Notes under the pieces: generated by a model | Told to the model about the DNA's origin: nothing | Databases searched by the model: none | Seen by the model: the letters and a program-made list of their open reading frames with translations, nothing else | Shown: positions 39,701 through 53,647 of the stretch, piece after piece | Position numbering within the stretch: the stretch's first letter is position 1 | Layout of the letters: each line of letters begins with the position of its first letter | NCBI GenBank assembly: GCA_021613535.1 | Contig: CP075495.1 | Span: forward strand, 11,904,001-11,968,000 | DNA from: Adineta vaga | Taxonomy: Eukaryota > Animalia > Rotifera | Length of the DNA stretch: 64,000 bases | Direction of reading: 5' to 3' | Made by a program: the position numbers and the translations under genes

Positions 39701-40270
39701 TTCGGAGATTCAAATGACATTGCAGATGATAAGGCAGAAGTTACTGCTATACCATTATTATTCGTAGACAGATGAGATTTCTCATCAATTTTTACATTGG
39801 AAATTGTACGAATAATTGGTCGAAATAAAGCTGGATTTTGTAATGTTGTATTATTCATCCACATATTCGGTGATGATAATGGGACCATATTAATTGGACT
39901 GGAACGTTGAATTTGTTGTTGAATTGGTGATGTTATTGGCGGTGATGAACGAGGTACTATTTGATCACTTCGATATTTCTGTTTTTGTTGTTCTCGTGGC
40001 TGTTGTTGAATATATCGAATAGATGTTAGACCTGTCGTTGGATATGTTGCTTGGATTGATTGTAATTGATTGTATGGATAAAAGACAATATTTGGTTGTT
40101 GTGGTTGAGAATACATTGGTGGCGGCTGAGGTGTTGGTTGTTGTTGATGATGAAGTTGCTGTTGATGCTGCTGCTGATGTGGATGCATTGTAATTAACTA
40201 TGTGAACGAATATTTTTTTTACATTCATTTTTATTAATTATCATACCTGTGTTGATGAATATGGAAACAT
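36733..40270 (-). CDS. PLP-dependent aminotransferase class V / cysteine desulfurase-like (SufS-type) with long Gln-rich N-terminal extension; multi-exon
   Basis: IYCDYTASGR, YGNTHS, FTGTGSTGA, FEHHSNILPWKE, AASNISG, WDYATAAPY, STHKFVGGPGTPG (PLP lysine), EEGGTP, GIQVRSGCACAGPY, KPGFTRLNL. Start codon approximate. Confidence 0.88.
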
Positions 40271-41932
40271 AGTGACTGTAGATAATGTTGTTTCTGATTT
40301 CTATCTAAAAAAAGAAACAGGTGACATTATTATGGGATAGAATTTTACAGTAAATGATGATTATTTCTTTGATGCTAGGGAAGGTGAAATTAGTGTTGTT
40401 ATTATTATTATTATTATTATTGAAAAATACCAAATGAGAAACAATGTATAAACACAAAAAAGAGAACCTTGATTTTTGTTTCGCATTTATTTGAATACTT
40501 ACGTAATATGCATAGATAGATGGAGGACGAATGACAGAGAATATTTTGCAATGAATATGTTAATAATATTAACTTTTTATATAGTAATTGTCAAGAAAAA
40601 TGTTATGAACATATATATATATATATCATTGTTAGATATAAAGAAATAAGGTCAAAATTATACAAATAATAGACATATGGAATAAGGAACCTTTTTTTTT
40701 ATTAGATATGTTCTTCTTTGGAATAAAATGAAACTTAAACAAAACTGAAACTTTGAATAATAAAGTTATAGATTGAAAAAGAGAAGAGAAAATTTATGCA
40801 TTACTGGCTCAAAGTTACTTTTAGCGATATATATATTCGATGTGTACATGAGTATCTGAATTTAGTAAGGAGAAGAAGACGAAGTAGAAATCAAAATTGA
40901 TTGAGGAAAAAAAACGAAAAAAGCCTTGGTAGATAGACAAAATATATGATGTGTCTTTTCTCTTTCTCTCCTATCCATAGCTCAACGTTGACATATAACA
41001 TTGATAATGTGAGTGATGATGATCAAGATACTCATTATATCTGCCATAAAGGTAAGAATGATATCAAAAATATATTTCTCATATGTTTATTATGTTGACC
41101 TTCGAGAATAAATATAATAACTAGTAACAAAGATCGATAGAAAGTAACTGAAAACTATTTTTGTTAATTTAAATCAATAATTATAGGTATGTTTTTGTTT
41201 TCGTCCACTACATTAGTCGTTTGAGTCATTTGCTATTTCGTTCTTTCAAGGTTTGTAGAACGATAATTAATTACTAGAGTATCAATTTCTTGTCGATACA
41301 AACGAAAACAAATTCATTTCTCTTACCTGGAATATTTCGTTTCTTCATGTCAATTCAAAATTTGTTTCAATAGAATAAATAAATCAAAGTTTTCTCACTC
41401 AGGATAATCTTGTTCATAGATTTTTGAGAGAACAAAACAAAAAAATTCGTTTAGGAAAATTTTCTTTTCATGACTGGTCAAAATGTATACATATCACCTA
41501 TGTAATATATCATTTATATCTGATATTCTTTTTCTTTTCTCATGATCATACATATATATATATATATATGATTTCCATTGAAAGGAGAAAAAACGATGAG
41601 TCTACGGTAACAAAACCGAGACGTCATAATAAAATTTTGCCTTTTTTTCCCTCTTTTTAACGTTCCGCTCGGTGTATTTATCGATATATATATAGATAAA
41701 TATATGATGTTGCGGTTTGTTTCGTCTCTTTTCTTAATATGTCTAGGCATACTAATGACGAATGATGTTTATGTATTCTACAAATATGATATAAATGGAG
41801 AAGAATATAATATAGCGAATATTGTTTCTTGTTGTCTTAAGATACAAGAAAGATTGAAGAAGAAGAAGAAGAAGAAAAAAGAGAATAAATCAATTGAGTA
41901 TTCTTTGCTTTTGCAGAAATTTGTTTGAATAT

Positions 41933-44473
41933 TTATGTGTAACCGAAAGATCGTGCTAATTGAAGATCTTGTTGAAGTTGATAACGTTTTAATGAACGTC
42001 GTTGATGACGACGTAAACGACGAGTTTCAAGACGTAATCGACGTTTTTCTTCTTTGGATTGTTCATACTTTTGACGTAACCAACTAAATTTAGAAAAAAA
42101 AGGAATAAACAAATGCATGATCGAAGTTTTCAAATAGAAGAAAGCTTACCGTCGAAAGGCTCGATGATCGTTCTGTTGTTGAGAATTATGTATCGAGGAT
42201 GATGATCCACCGGATGTCATGTCTTCTTCTCTAGCTTGTAATTTTTTAAATTCATTTGCCATTGTTATTTCACGATCTTTACGTTCAATCCATTGTTTAT
42301 ATTTCTTCTCTCGTAATTCTTCTAATTCTTGTTCACATTTCATTTGACGTGTCTATTTCAATGTAAGATTTAGTTTTCTTTTGAAAGAATTAAATAATGT
42401 TTACTTCTTCTTCTTCTCTTTCCATACGTTTTTCTTCAATGAGTCTTCTACGTTCAGCATCTTTATCATGTAGCCATTTTTCATAAGATTCTTTTGCTCT
42501 AGCTAAATCTTCTTTTCGTTTAGCATCAGCCTACAGACAAACAAAAGAAAACATTTCGTTTAATTGACTTTCTATGAATATAGAGCATGAAAATCAATCA
42601 TAGATGTCTCACATTTCTACTTCATACATTCTTTTTATCGATCATTTTCTATGTGACCTTGATTTATTATGTGATGACTCTTTGCTACATTGAGTGCATA
42701 GTTATAATGTTCGATATTTGAAAATTTCTTTTTCGTTTTATCTTACTTCCTCTTTTTTACGACGTTCTTCTTGTAGTTCTGCTCGTTTTCTGTCCGCTGC
42801 TTTTCGATTCATTTCATCAAAATCGACACTGGATGGTCTATTTGTTTGTTTGTTTTTGAAATACAAATAAAAATCTAAGAAAAAATTTCAAAAAAAATCT
42901 TAAACTAACTTGATTATAAATGATTCTATTGATTTCGAAACAGTCGCACTAGAAATTATATATCAAGATAAAATCAATCGTAAATACGAATTTGATCTAC
43001 CTTTTTGCTCTCTGTTGATTATTTGTTGTTGATCTACTTTTATTAGAAGACAAGGATTTTGACATGGGATCATTGAATTTCTTATCAGCTCGTTTTCCAT
43101 TATCAGATGATTTTGGTCTTGTTAATAATGGTTGAGAACGATATAGTGAATCAGATTTTGCATCTGTTACTTGAGTATTTTTTGTTGTAGATTTTTGCTT
43201 ATTATCATTATCAGAATCAGAATCAGAATCATTCAGTGAACGCTGAGCGGTATAATCATCTTGATCTTGCAATTCAAATTGGCCATTTTTAGCTACAAGT
43301 ACAGTATTTTGCAAGGATTTTGATGATGAAGATTGTGTTGTCACATTCGAACTCTTTGCAGTATTTGGATCATCATCATTTTCACTGAATTTCGAGGGTG
43401 ATGAATTATCTAAATACAAATATCAATTCATCATAAGTTCTATTGATATTTCAACCATCTATGCAAGTTATATTTTCTCTGTTTTATATTGCATGAAAGT
43501 TTGAATGGAAGACAAAGTCATAAAAATTTATATGTTCTTGTTTTTCTCCCTTTGTAGACGTATATTTGCAAAAGCAAACAGTTAGAAAACAAGTTTTATA
43601 GACACATAAATTGCCTTACTAAAAAATTACCTTCACGTATCGATGAACCATTAGTAGTGTTTGCATTTGATGTAGATCGTCGATCAGCGACCGGTGCACC
43701 ATTATAAAATTGCATAGCTTTAATTTGTTCTACTAATGTCGGTGTTCCTTTTGGTTGTGTATCATTGAGTGGAACAGTATACGTATGAGGATTACCGTCA
43801 TTTTGTGAACCAATACCATTCGTAGATGATTCTTCTATAACAGGTGAAATAGGTTGTTTAGTAGCAGAATCTCTTGTATTTTCATCTTCAGGTTCTTGAA
43901 CGATATCAACTGCTTTAACAACAGAATCAAATGAAACACGTTGTCGATGTATTAATTCAGCTGGTGTATTATCATGCTCAAATACTTCATTGGCTCTTTT
44001 TAGTCTTTCTTGAATAGCTTGTCCATAATCAAAATTACTTCCATCATCGAAATGTAATTCATCTATGTCAATAGAATAGATAGTTTTTGTTATTTATTAA
44101 TAAATAAATGAAAATTGTTTTACTATACCATCATCTGGATCAATGAATGGTTGATCAGAAGTTGAAGTGCGATAGGGCATATGATCATTAAGTTGTGTTA
44201 AATCATCAACTGAATTTGATAGATTATTATCTTCTCGAAAACCAGTAGTTACATGCTGTTGTTTCATTGTTGATAAATTCGTATCTAAAATATTGCCATG
44301 AAAAAAAATCCTATTCTCAAAAGAAGACACAAACCATCTGAATGTTGACGTAAATGAGATGATCCGAAATCCGTATCTTTGGTTGGAAATCGATGACTCG
44401 AACTTGATAATTTTAAATCATCTGATATTATTGGAACTGATCGGTCATACGATGAAAATGAAGTCGTGGTCAT
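41933..44473 (-). CDS. CCDC181: CCDC181-like coiled-coil ciliary/microtubule-binding protein; multi-exon
   Basis: VLVAKNGQFEL resembles CCDC181 LVERDGKFEL. Charged coiled-coil C-terminus with periodic Trp motifs (YEKWLHDK, YKQWIERK, FRRWLRQK). Confidence 0.65.
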
Positions 44474-44736
44474 CGTTATTTTGATTCTATGCTATCATAA
44501 TCTGCATATGTATATATTTTCTTTTCTTCTCTTCAAATATTCATACCCTAATAAAAACACCAACGACACAAAAAAGAACGGATGTTAAATAAACAAAAGT
44601 TTACAAATAGTCCTTCAAGAATAATTATAAAGAAAAAAAAGTCATAGAGAGAAAGAAAGGAAAAAAACTTTATATTTTATTTGATAATATACATGGCTTC
44701 AGTTCCGTATCGACATGAAAAAGTTCATGTTTGATC

Positions 44737-44902
44737 GTATCTCATGACAACAAAATCTTTACTTTCGAGAAAATAATGTTTTTATGAAATAAAAAGTTTC
44801 TCTTATGAATATTAAATTTCTTTAGATTAGTTTTCAAATCTTTGATCAAAGAAAAATTCTATTTCATAGATGTCACTCTATGAAAATTGTTGCTTAGCAA
44901 AC
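44737..44902. promoter_or_regulatory. Two RFX X-box-like elements in the bidirectional promoter
   Basis: GTATCTCATGACAAC at 44737-44751 and GTTGCTTAGCAAAC at 44889-44902 lie between divergent ciliary genes. Confidence 0.5.
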
Positions 44903-44966
44903 CTTTGATATTGATGAAATCAAATGGTTTATTCAAAGAACTTTCATAGATAGACGAAAAAGAACG

Positions 44967-47900
44967 ATGAGTGATTTAGCCCTAGAATCTCAATCTCCAT
45001 CTTTATATGGAATAGCACCACCCGTAACTGATGAAGCTATGGAAATTAAACGAAAAGCATTAGAGATTCTTGTCGCTCAACCAGAACGAAATCGACTTCC
45101 AGTGCCTAATCATCTTTTGAATTCAAGTAAGAATTTATTTTCTTATTTCTGTTATTTATTTTTGTATTTATTAGAACTTTTCGTTAAATTAAAACGTAAT
45201 CAATTAATTGAAGTTACACCACATGAAATTCATTTTGATGGATTTGATTTAAATCAAATTCAAACACGTGAATTACATATATTAAATCGTTCATCTGAAG
45301 TTTTACGTCTTGATATTATTCCTCCTCAAACATCATTCTTTCAAATTGATTACAAAAAACCTCAACGTCTTGTAACTGGTTTTTCTATTCATGTGAAAAT
45401 TTTATTTAAACCAACTCAATGGCAATATTATCATGATGCTATACGTATTCATACACCTGAACGAGATCATCATGTTATTGTACCCATACATGCCTATCCA
45501 ATTATTTTATTAGATGGTATTTTACCAAATACATATCAATTTCCTAATACACCACTTGGACAAGTGTATGTAGGTGTTTATAATGAATATATCTATCTAA
45601 ATAATAATTTCTTTCAATAGTTCAACAAAAACATTTTCATTTCAATCAGGAGCACCGGTGGACTTTCAATATCGTATTGAAATTCTTAGTCATGATTCAG
45701 CATTAACAATTCAACCAATGGAAGGTAACGAAAATGTCAAATTAACAATAATTATATGAATATATTTTCATATTTCGATAGGAATTATTGAACAATCTAA
45801 TGTGACAAATATAACTGTTACATATGCACCAACAGCATTTTGTACATCACGTTTATCGATTGCTATCATTGTATCACAATTTCATATTCAACCGTTTACT
45901 TGTACATTTGTTGGAAAATGTTTACCAGGTCTTGCCAGGTAATGAATCATTTTTATTACTATAGAAATTATGAAGATAATCAATTGTGTATTCAGAGATT
46001 TAGCAAAAAAAACCTTGGGTATGAGCGGTCAATTTTCCACAGATAATATCAATTTAGTCACAAAGAAATTATCAAATGTTACGTCTTCAATACTATCGAC
46101 AACAACCAAGCAAAAATCACCTAAACAACCGATGACTGAATCAATTGTTGGTACTGATATTGAACGTGATGGTTTACGTATACCGAAAAAAATTGATTCA
46201 ACATGGGCAGTATCGAAAGTTCTCTTACAGAAAAAAGGAAAAGTTGCTTTGAAAGATTTACGAAGATTCAATGAATTATCTCTCGAAAATCAACTTGGAC
46301 TTACTCGACAAAGAAAAGTAGAAATGATAATCTAATTCTAAAAGTTCATTCTTCTATTTGTACTCATTGTTAGGAAACAATCTTTTTACAAGATGTCAAT
46401 CGTATTGAAGATGAAGAACAACGAAATAAAATTCGTTGGCAAACGAAACTTGGTTTTGATGCATTATCTTCAACAGAACGTGAAAATATTCTTAATAGTC
46501 GACAAATATCTTGGGATGAATATTCGGTTATTATTTCAATCACATCTTAATTTGATTAATCATTTTCATTCGATTTAGATTCGTATTGGTCATCCGATAC
46601 CAGAAGATGAATATGTTCGAGATACAGTTGGTTATTCAGAACAACGAACTGTTCGATCACTTGATATGGTAAGATAATATTTATTCGATGTGTGATATTA
46701 CAACGAACATACAAAAACTTCTATTGATAGAAAATCCGCACCAATGCTCAGTTCGATTTACATACAAATAATCTTTGGCATAATCGATTGCAAGTTCTTG
46801 ATCGTTTTGCACAAGCAGCTCGAAAAGTAAAGTAATTATAAACATGTCGAAAGATTATACATCTTTATTAGATTATTATCAAACGACGTCTTGCTAATCA
46901 TCTGAAAGCATTACAAACATATATAAATACTTATAAAAAAGCAAAAACTGGTAAGAGAAAATGAGTAAATTATAAATGAATGTATTCAAAAGAATACTTT
47001 AGATAAAGATATTGATCAATATGTATTTGAATATTTTAAAATTCTTCGTGGTGAAACATTAGAAACTGATGGTCATCTATTAATCATTCGAAATAGTTCA
47101 ATTGGTACATTTCATTTACCACGAAGTGAAGAAGATGAACAAGATAATTCGAATGTAAAATTACATACATATAATGAAAAGAAGAAATTTTCAATCCTAT
47201 AAATGTACTTGTCTTTTAGACTATTGAAAATATAACATCTGTCAATACACCACAAATGAGTTTTAAACTTCGTTATGTTCTACCTGCAATGGCATTAACT
47301 GTACCACATCAATATAAATTACTTAATTATCAAACAACTAATCCATTACTGATGAGATATGATTATACTACACCTAAACTTGCTCGATCATTACGTGTTG
47401 GAGCTGAAGATGAATTAATTCAACTTGATGAAGCAACAAAAGTAAAATCATCAGACATTATCGCACAAATCAACGAAAAACCTACGATAATTACACCATC
47501 TATTCCATCTTCATTACTTTCAGCACCTATTTATCATCCTCTTACTGTTTTCGTATGTTTCTTTTGTTTACGTATTACTTTGCTATTGATCATTTCTGTT
47601 TTAATCTAGAATCCAACACCGGGTGTTATGACCTATGAAACTCAATTGCCCTATTCTGCTATTGATTCAGATAGTGCTGTTTGCCCTATACCATTGATTG
47701 AACGACCTGGATATTCTTCAACAAGTCGATATCTTGATCGAGAAGTAAGTTTTGCTCTTGTTATTTTTTTCATTATTTAGCAAAAATAAATATATTAATT
47801 AATCATTTGAATATTTTAAACAGGATGTTATTCAAGGAACAATGACATGGAAAAGTATGAGTAGTACAGGTCTTTCTGCTGTTTCTCAAATATCAACTAT

Positions 47901-48784
47901 GTCTAATATTTGGCTTCCGAGATGGTTTGTAAAAGACTTCTTTTCGTTCAAATTCAATTCTTTGTATATTTGTTTGAATCAGGAACGATACATTTTCTCC
48001 AGATATATTACCTTCAAGTGTACCACCACTCTTACATGAAATGCCTACAACTGATCGTAATCAAATTTTAGAGGAGTATGTTTAATAATAAAATTCCTTT
48101 TCCAGAAAAATAAAATTCCTCTTGATTTTTATTAGTGATATGAATGAAGAAACTAAACTTGTTTTGACACCTGAAATGATTCGTGCTGAGTTCATTGCCT
48201 CACATATTAATCCAACAGCAACTACAAATGATAAACAAGAGTAAGTTATACGTAGGAGATTTTGTTTTACAATTGAAATACTTCTTAAATTAGTAATATG
48301 TTTAAGAAAAAGAAATCGACGATATCTTCATCGACACAGTAGGTTTAACACGTGTGATAGTTTTTTTTTAGCATGACACTAGTTTGAAATAAAATAGAAT
48401 GATTATCTTGTAAGATTGATGATGAAATTGATCGTTTTCTTTTCTTTTCTTTAGTGTATTTCCTTCTGGTGATAAATTACCGGAATCGAATGTTTTACTT
48501 TCTATGCATGGTCGACCATCTCGGTAAGATTGAACTCTATCGTAATGAGAAAACATCTTGACAAGTTGTTCTTTTTTTTGTGTTTCTTTAATTTATAAAG
48601 ATTTCAACGTGAACAAGAACTTGATTATTTTCAACGAAAAAAATTCGGTCAATTAACCGATCGAATTAATAAACGTATGGAAAAAAATCATGACATCATT
48701 CGCTCTGATTTATCCCTATCATCTGATCATCATCATCAACAACAGCAGCATCAGGCACCCATATTAAATGAACCGTCTCAATAA
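44967..48784 (+). CDS. CFAP221: Cilia- and flagella-associated protein 221 (PCDP1); multi-exon
   Basis: VPNHLLNSK...IHFDGF...ILNRSSEVLRLDIIPPQTSFFQIDY...YYHDAIRIH...VPIHAYP; FDLHTNNLWHNRLQVLDRFAQAARKIIIKRR (IQ-like); LTVPHQYKLLNY...LRVGAEDE; DVIQGTMTWK. Confidence 0.9.
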
Positions 48785-49704
48785 AGACAGTGATTATTGT
48801 TTTTCCTCGATAATAACAATTCTTTTTCTGTCGATATTAATTTTATCTTCGTTTTTATTTGGTTCTTCATCTTCATCTTGTCTTTACTTACTAAGACGAT
48901 GATCGAATGTCATTCTTTCTATATATCTTTTGAATTAATTGAACAAATAGAATGACTGACTTTCTTGCTTGTCTGCATCTTTCTCGGCAATGATCTAGAC
49001 AATAATCAGAGCGTGCACGGAAACTCTACTGCAGCTCCCACTCTTTGCCTCTCGTCTGTTGTTACGATTGTAGGAAGAAGAGAAAAAAAGGGAAGACCCC
49101 GCAATTTTGATGAAGATGAACCATGTTATTTTTTTTTTACAACGTCTTGCTGTTGTTTATAGTAGTTGTATTGAAAACGGCGATGGGAAAGAAACGAAAG
49201 AAGGAGAAAATAAGAGCTCATTTCCATCTCGATAGTATAGCCTTGAATTTTTTGCTCGTTCTCATGCTGCCGGTGTATGTGAATGCCCAAGAAAAATCTG
49301 ATGATGCCAGTGAGTAGTGGTTATAGTTTCCACAAGCAAATATATACGAGAAAAAGGAAAAAAACGAGGAACCACAAGAAAAAAGAGAGCAAGACAGAGA
49401 CAATCGTCGGGTAAATAATAATGCTCATGCACATACGCTGCATTCGCGTATAGAATAACATCGAACAGGGCTTGTGAAGTAAGAGAAAAAAAGAGAAGAA
49501 AAAAAACGACAGCGACGACGACGACGGCGAACAAGAAGAAGAAAAACCAAGAGGAAAACAAGTAGCGAACGGGAGACCGAGGTGACAAACGACTAAGTTC
49601 GTTCGTTTGGATCGCGAATAGATGTGAACAAAACAACAACTCATAGACCTTACAAACGCTTACTTTTCTTTCCAAGATATATAATAACTCGTAGTGAAAA
49701 AGAA

Positions 49705-51342
49705 ATGACAGCAGCAAATACATCCGCAGAAATCAAAGCCATTGTTGTGCAACAGACGTTTACTGGAAAACGTGAACTTAAATTAACAACAATGCCAAAG
49801 CCACCACCACCTGGCGATGGAGAAATATTAATTCGGGTTAAAGCATGGTAATACATATGATTGATTTGTTTATATATTTCTTGTTTTCATATTTAGTGGT
49901 ATTAATTTCAATGATGTTCTTGTGCGTTATGGTCTTCTAGAAGATTCTCCTCGTCCTCCATTTGTTCCCGGTTTTGAATGTAGTGGTGAAGTCCTTGACA
50001 TTGGTCCGAACGTCACACACGTTGATGTATGTTGAAAATTGTCTGTTTTTTCAAATTTTTCATAAATTTCTTTTCTATTTACAACTAGCGAGGTGATCGT
50101 GTTGTTGCCTTAACACGATTTTCTGCATGGGCTGAACAAATAGTCGTTAAGAAAGATTTAGTATTCAAAATTCCCAAAGAAATGTCGTTTCGTGAAGCAG
50201 CTGTACTTCCCGTATCTTATCTTACTGCTTACATATTATTATTTGAAATTGGTAATGTTAAATCGGGTCAAACATTATTATTTCATTCGGCAGGAGGTGG
50301 TGTTGGTGGTAAGTTTTTTTTTATTATTAATATCTCATGTATTCATTTAGTCTTTTTGTTTTTAGTTGCCTTAACACAACTATCAAAACTTGTGCCTAAC
50401 TTAACTCTGATGGCCACAGCCAGTTCTCACAAATTTGATGTTCTTCGAGCACATATACATTATTTATTTGAGCATGATACGGATTACACTGAAGATATAA
50501 AAAAGTAAATAGCACTATTCATCATCTTTCTTTCCTTTCCTTTCTCTCTACATCTCGACAATATAATAAATTTCTTTTCTAGAATAGCACCAGAAGGTGT
50601 CGATCTCGTTCTTGATTGTATGGCAGGAGAAGATTGTGAACGTGGATTAGCTTTACTTAAATTCAATGGAAAATACGTTATGTACGGTACATCAAGTTTA
50701 CTTAGTTGGGATGTTAAAAATTTATTTGGTATTACAAAAGGAATGACTAATGTATGATGCGTTAACTGATTGAAAATTATTCTCTTTTTTTCTAAATTTC
50801 TTTTCTTTAGTGGTGGCAAAATGATAAAATAAGTTGTTTACGTTTATTTCAAGATAGCAAATCAATTCATGGTTTTAATTTGATTCAATTACTTCTTCAT
50901 GGTTCGAATGAAACACGCCGTTATTTATCTGACATAATGCATAAAGTCTTCGTACTCTATAAAGAAGGAAAAATTAAACCTGTAGTCGATTCTGTATTTA
51001 CATTTGAAGAAGTATAATTCAATTGAATATTTTATTTTTCATTTTTATGATGTGTATTGTTTTCATATTTTAGGTAAATGATGCGATTGGTAAATTAGTT
51101 GAACGTAAAAATATCGGTAAAGTAGTAATCGAACCATTTCTCAATACCAAAGCAGAGAAAGTGAAAAAAGTAAAAGAAAATGAATTCGTTTTTTCCAAAC
51201 ATTTCTATCTTTATTTCTTATTTAGATGAAAGCAAATGCGACACCTGGACGTCAAGATTCGAGCTCAACATCCGGTCCTGATGATGATGATGATGATAAG
51301 GATCCGGAAGAATTTCGTCTTAATTCATCGTCTAGTCAATAA
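49705..51342 (+). CDS. Synaptic vesicle membrane protein VAT-1-like (MDR/quinone oxidoreductase family)
   Basis: GEILIRVKACGINFNDV, PFVPGFECSGEV, MSFREAAVLPVSYLTAY, HSAGGGVG, APEGVDLVLDC, GKIKPVVDSVF, RKNIGKVV. Confidence 0.9.
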
Positions 51343-51855
51343 TCGTCGTATTTCTTCATTATTTATTTATTTTATTTATGATATAAATGTTTTTATTTCC
51401 TCTAAAACCTTTTGTCTTCGACATTCCCCAGCACATTCTAGTTATATCTTTCCAAATCACATTATCTGTTTTGTTTTTCTTTTCATGTCATTCCATCTTG
51501 AATAATGCATTTCTGTAAAAAACAACAAATGAAATAAATAATAAACGGAGAAAAAATAAACTTCAATGAATGTCAAACGTTTACATTTGATGTGAAATGA
51601 ATTTTTATCATGACCAATCTTTTGTTCTATTTTGGAAAAAAAACTGAAGAAGAGACATTGTTTTTACTTTTTGATAATGATCAGACAACAAAAAAAAAGA
51701 AAAAAAATGAAGACAATTTATACACAGGTAGAGAGTTTGATTGAAGATAAGAAAAATGTTACCATGTGCATGAAAAAAAGAGAAATCTTCAGAAGAATCG
51801 AACTCTCAACATGTGTCTACGATGTATTGTTGAACTATATTTATATTGAGTTATT

Positions 51856-52776
51856 TTATGAAGCTATTTGAGGATTGTCTTTTTTATCATCGTCAGATTT
51901 GTTGAATACATCGGGCAATGGAGGTGGTGTACTTCTAAAAAAAGAAAGAAAAATAATGTTTCCATTACACAGAATTTTAGTTTTACAATCAAACTAATCG
52001 ATATGGAAAAGCTTACAAAACTTCGTTCTGTTTTTCTCTTGAGAATACATCATTCTAATAAAACGACAGATCTTATTAGAATTTTAAGAGAACATATCTA
52101 TGTGTATAAATTCTAATCCAGTTTCAACGAAACATTCAAATATCCATCGAGTTCTTATTCTGAGAAAGTATCAACATGTCATCAATATGCAACTTGTTCG
52201 AATAGAAGATGGAAAGTAATATAGAAAAACGTCACTGAAACTTGTAGAAATTGGTTCTTAAGATGAAGTCTAATACATTTCCTGCTCAAGTTCACATTGG
52301 CATATTTCCTAAGAAAAAGTCATTTTCATGTGCTAAAAAAAGACTAGTATTATTTAGTTTTAAGTCGTACAAATATACGAGAATATTCATCCTAATCGAT
52401 ATTACTGCATTGATTGAATATAATAAATCGTTTTCTTATTTCTTCTTGCATTCATGTAATCGATTAAGAAAAATACTTACAATTCAGCAACATCAATCGG
52501 TTCCCATTCGTTTTCATTACCAGCCTTACGATAACATAAATACAGAAGTGCAGGTGAATAGGCCTTGGCTACAGCGCCTGACAATCCACAATCTGTAAGC
52601 GTTTGATTATCATCATCCATGGGTTGTTTAGTTGAATCAACAATTAAACGTACATTATTAAATGGAACTTTTGTAATACCTTCAATCATTTTTTTCAATT
52701 CAGCAACTGTTGATGATTCTTTTGCATCAATAAACAGTGTAAGTTTTTGTCGGCGAATCATCATAAATACGTCCAT
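51856..52776 (-). CDS. ELOB: Elongin B; 2 coding exons
   Basis: MDVFMMIRRQKLTLFIDAKESSTVAELKKMIEGI...TLTDCG...AKAYSPA, spliced across an intron of ~550 nt to STPPPLPDVF...IAS*. Confidence 0.95.
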
Positions 52777-53647
52777 GGTGACGATGATAATATAAATTGA
52801 TATCTACAAACAAAAAAACAACATTACTCAAATGTATATAAACAAATTGTCGTATTTTGTCAAATGTTTAATATCATTTATTGAATCGATCAAATCATAT
52901 TCATATCCAAAATCAACAAAATTTAGTGACCAATGATGACAACAAAATAACAAAACAACTCACGATGAACATGAAATAAAAAAAGCTATTACATATCTAT
53001 TCAATCGTTAAATCCAATCGTATAATGGTATATTTCCTCTAGACAACTAGCGCCAACTTTTCATTATATTTTATACAGATATGCAAAAGAGAACTCTATC
53101 GAATAGATATGCTATACAGATGTCGTAATTAGTTTACTGTTTCAAATTGGAATCATTTTCAATTGTAATATTGCAGATTAGAAACAAAAAATTTACAATC
53201 TATTTTCATCAAGTATACATCTTTCGAAACTATTGTTATAGTCGAACTATACTGATTGAAATCAGGGGGAAAATTTCATCATAATCATTTATATATGTAT
53301 ATATATTTGATCATCATTATGACATATTGACTGACGAAGACTATTTCTTTTTCAAATTAGTAAGAATATGAATGTACACACTTGTCTAGGATGAATAAAC
53401 AAAAAATATTCTTCCAGTCGTTTATGTACAAGTATAAAAAATGTGACTAATAACCGAAACGATATGAAAGAGAAAAAATGCAATAATATTCGTTAAGGTA
53501 GAAGGTAACACACATTGAGTTATTCAGATCACATTGATTTCGTCGTTATCATTATTGCGTATATGTATTAAATACTTCGTTTCTTTTCGTTTATTTTCTT
53601 GATTTCTTTTTTCTTCTCGTGTTATTAAGCGCAAGCACTGATTTACA

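Noticed and set aside
48965-49723. Overlapping hydrophobic ORFs upstream of VAT-1
   Set aside because: Shadow ORFs of purine-rich low-complexity promoter/5'UTR sequence.
51960-52330. Exon-like plus-strand segments inside the Elongin B intron
   Set aside because: No consistent spliced ORF or recognisable protein could be built.
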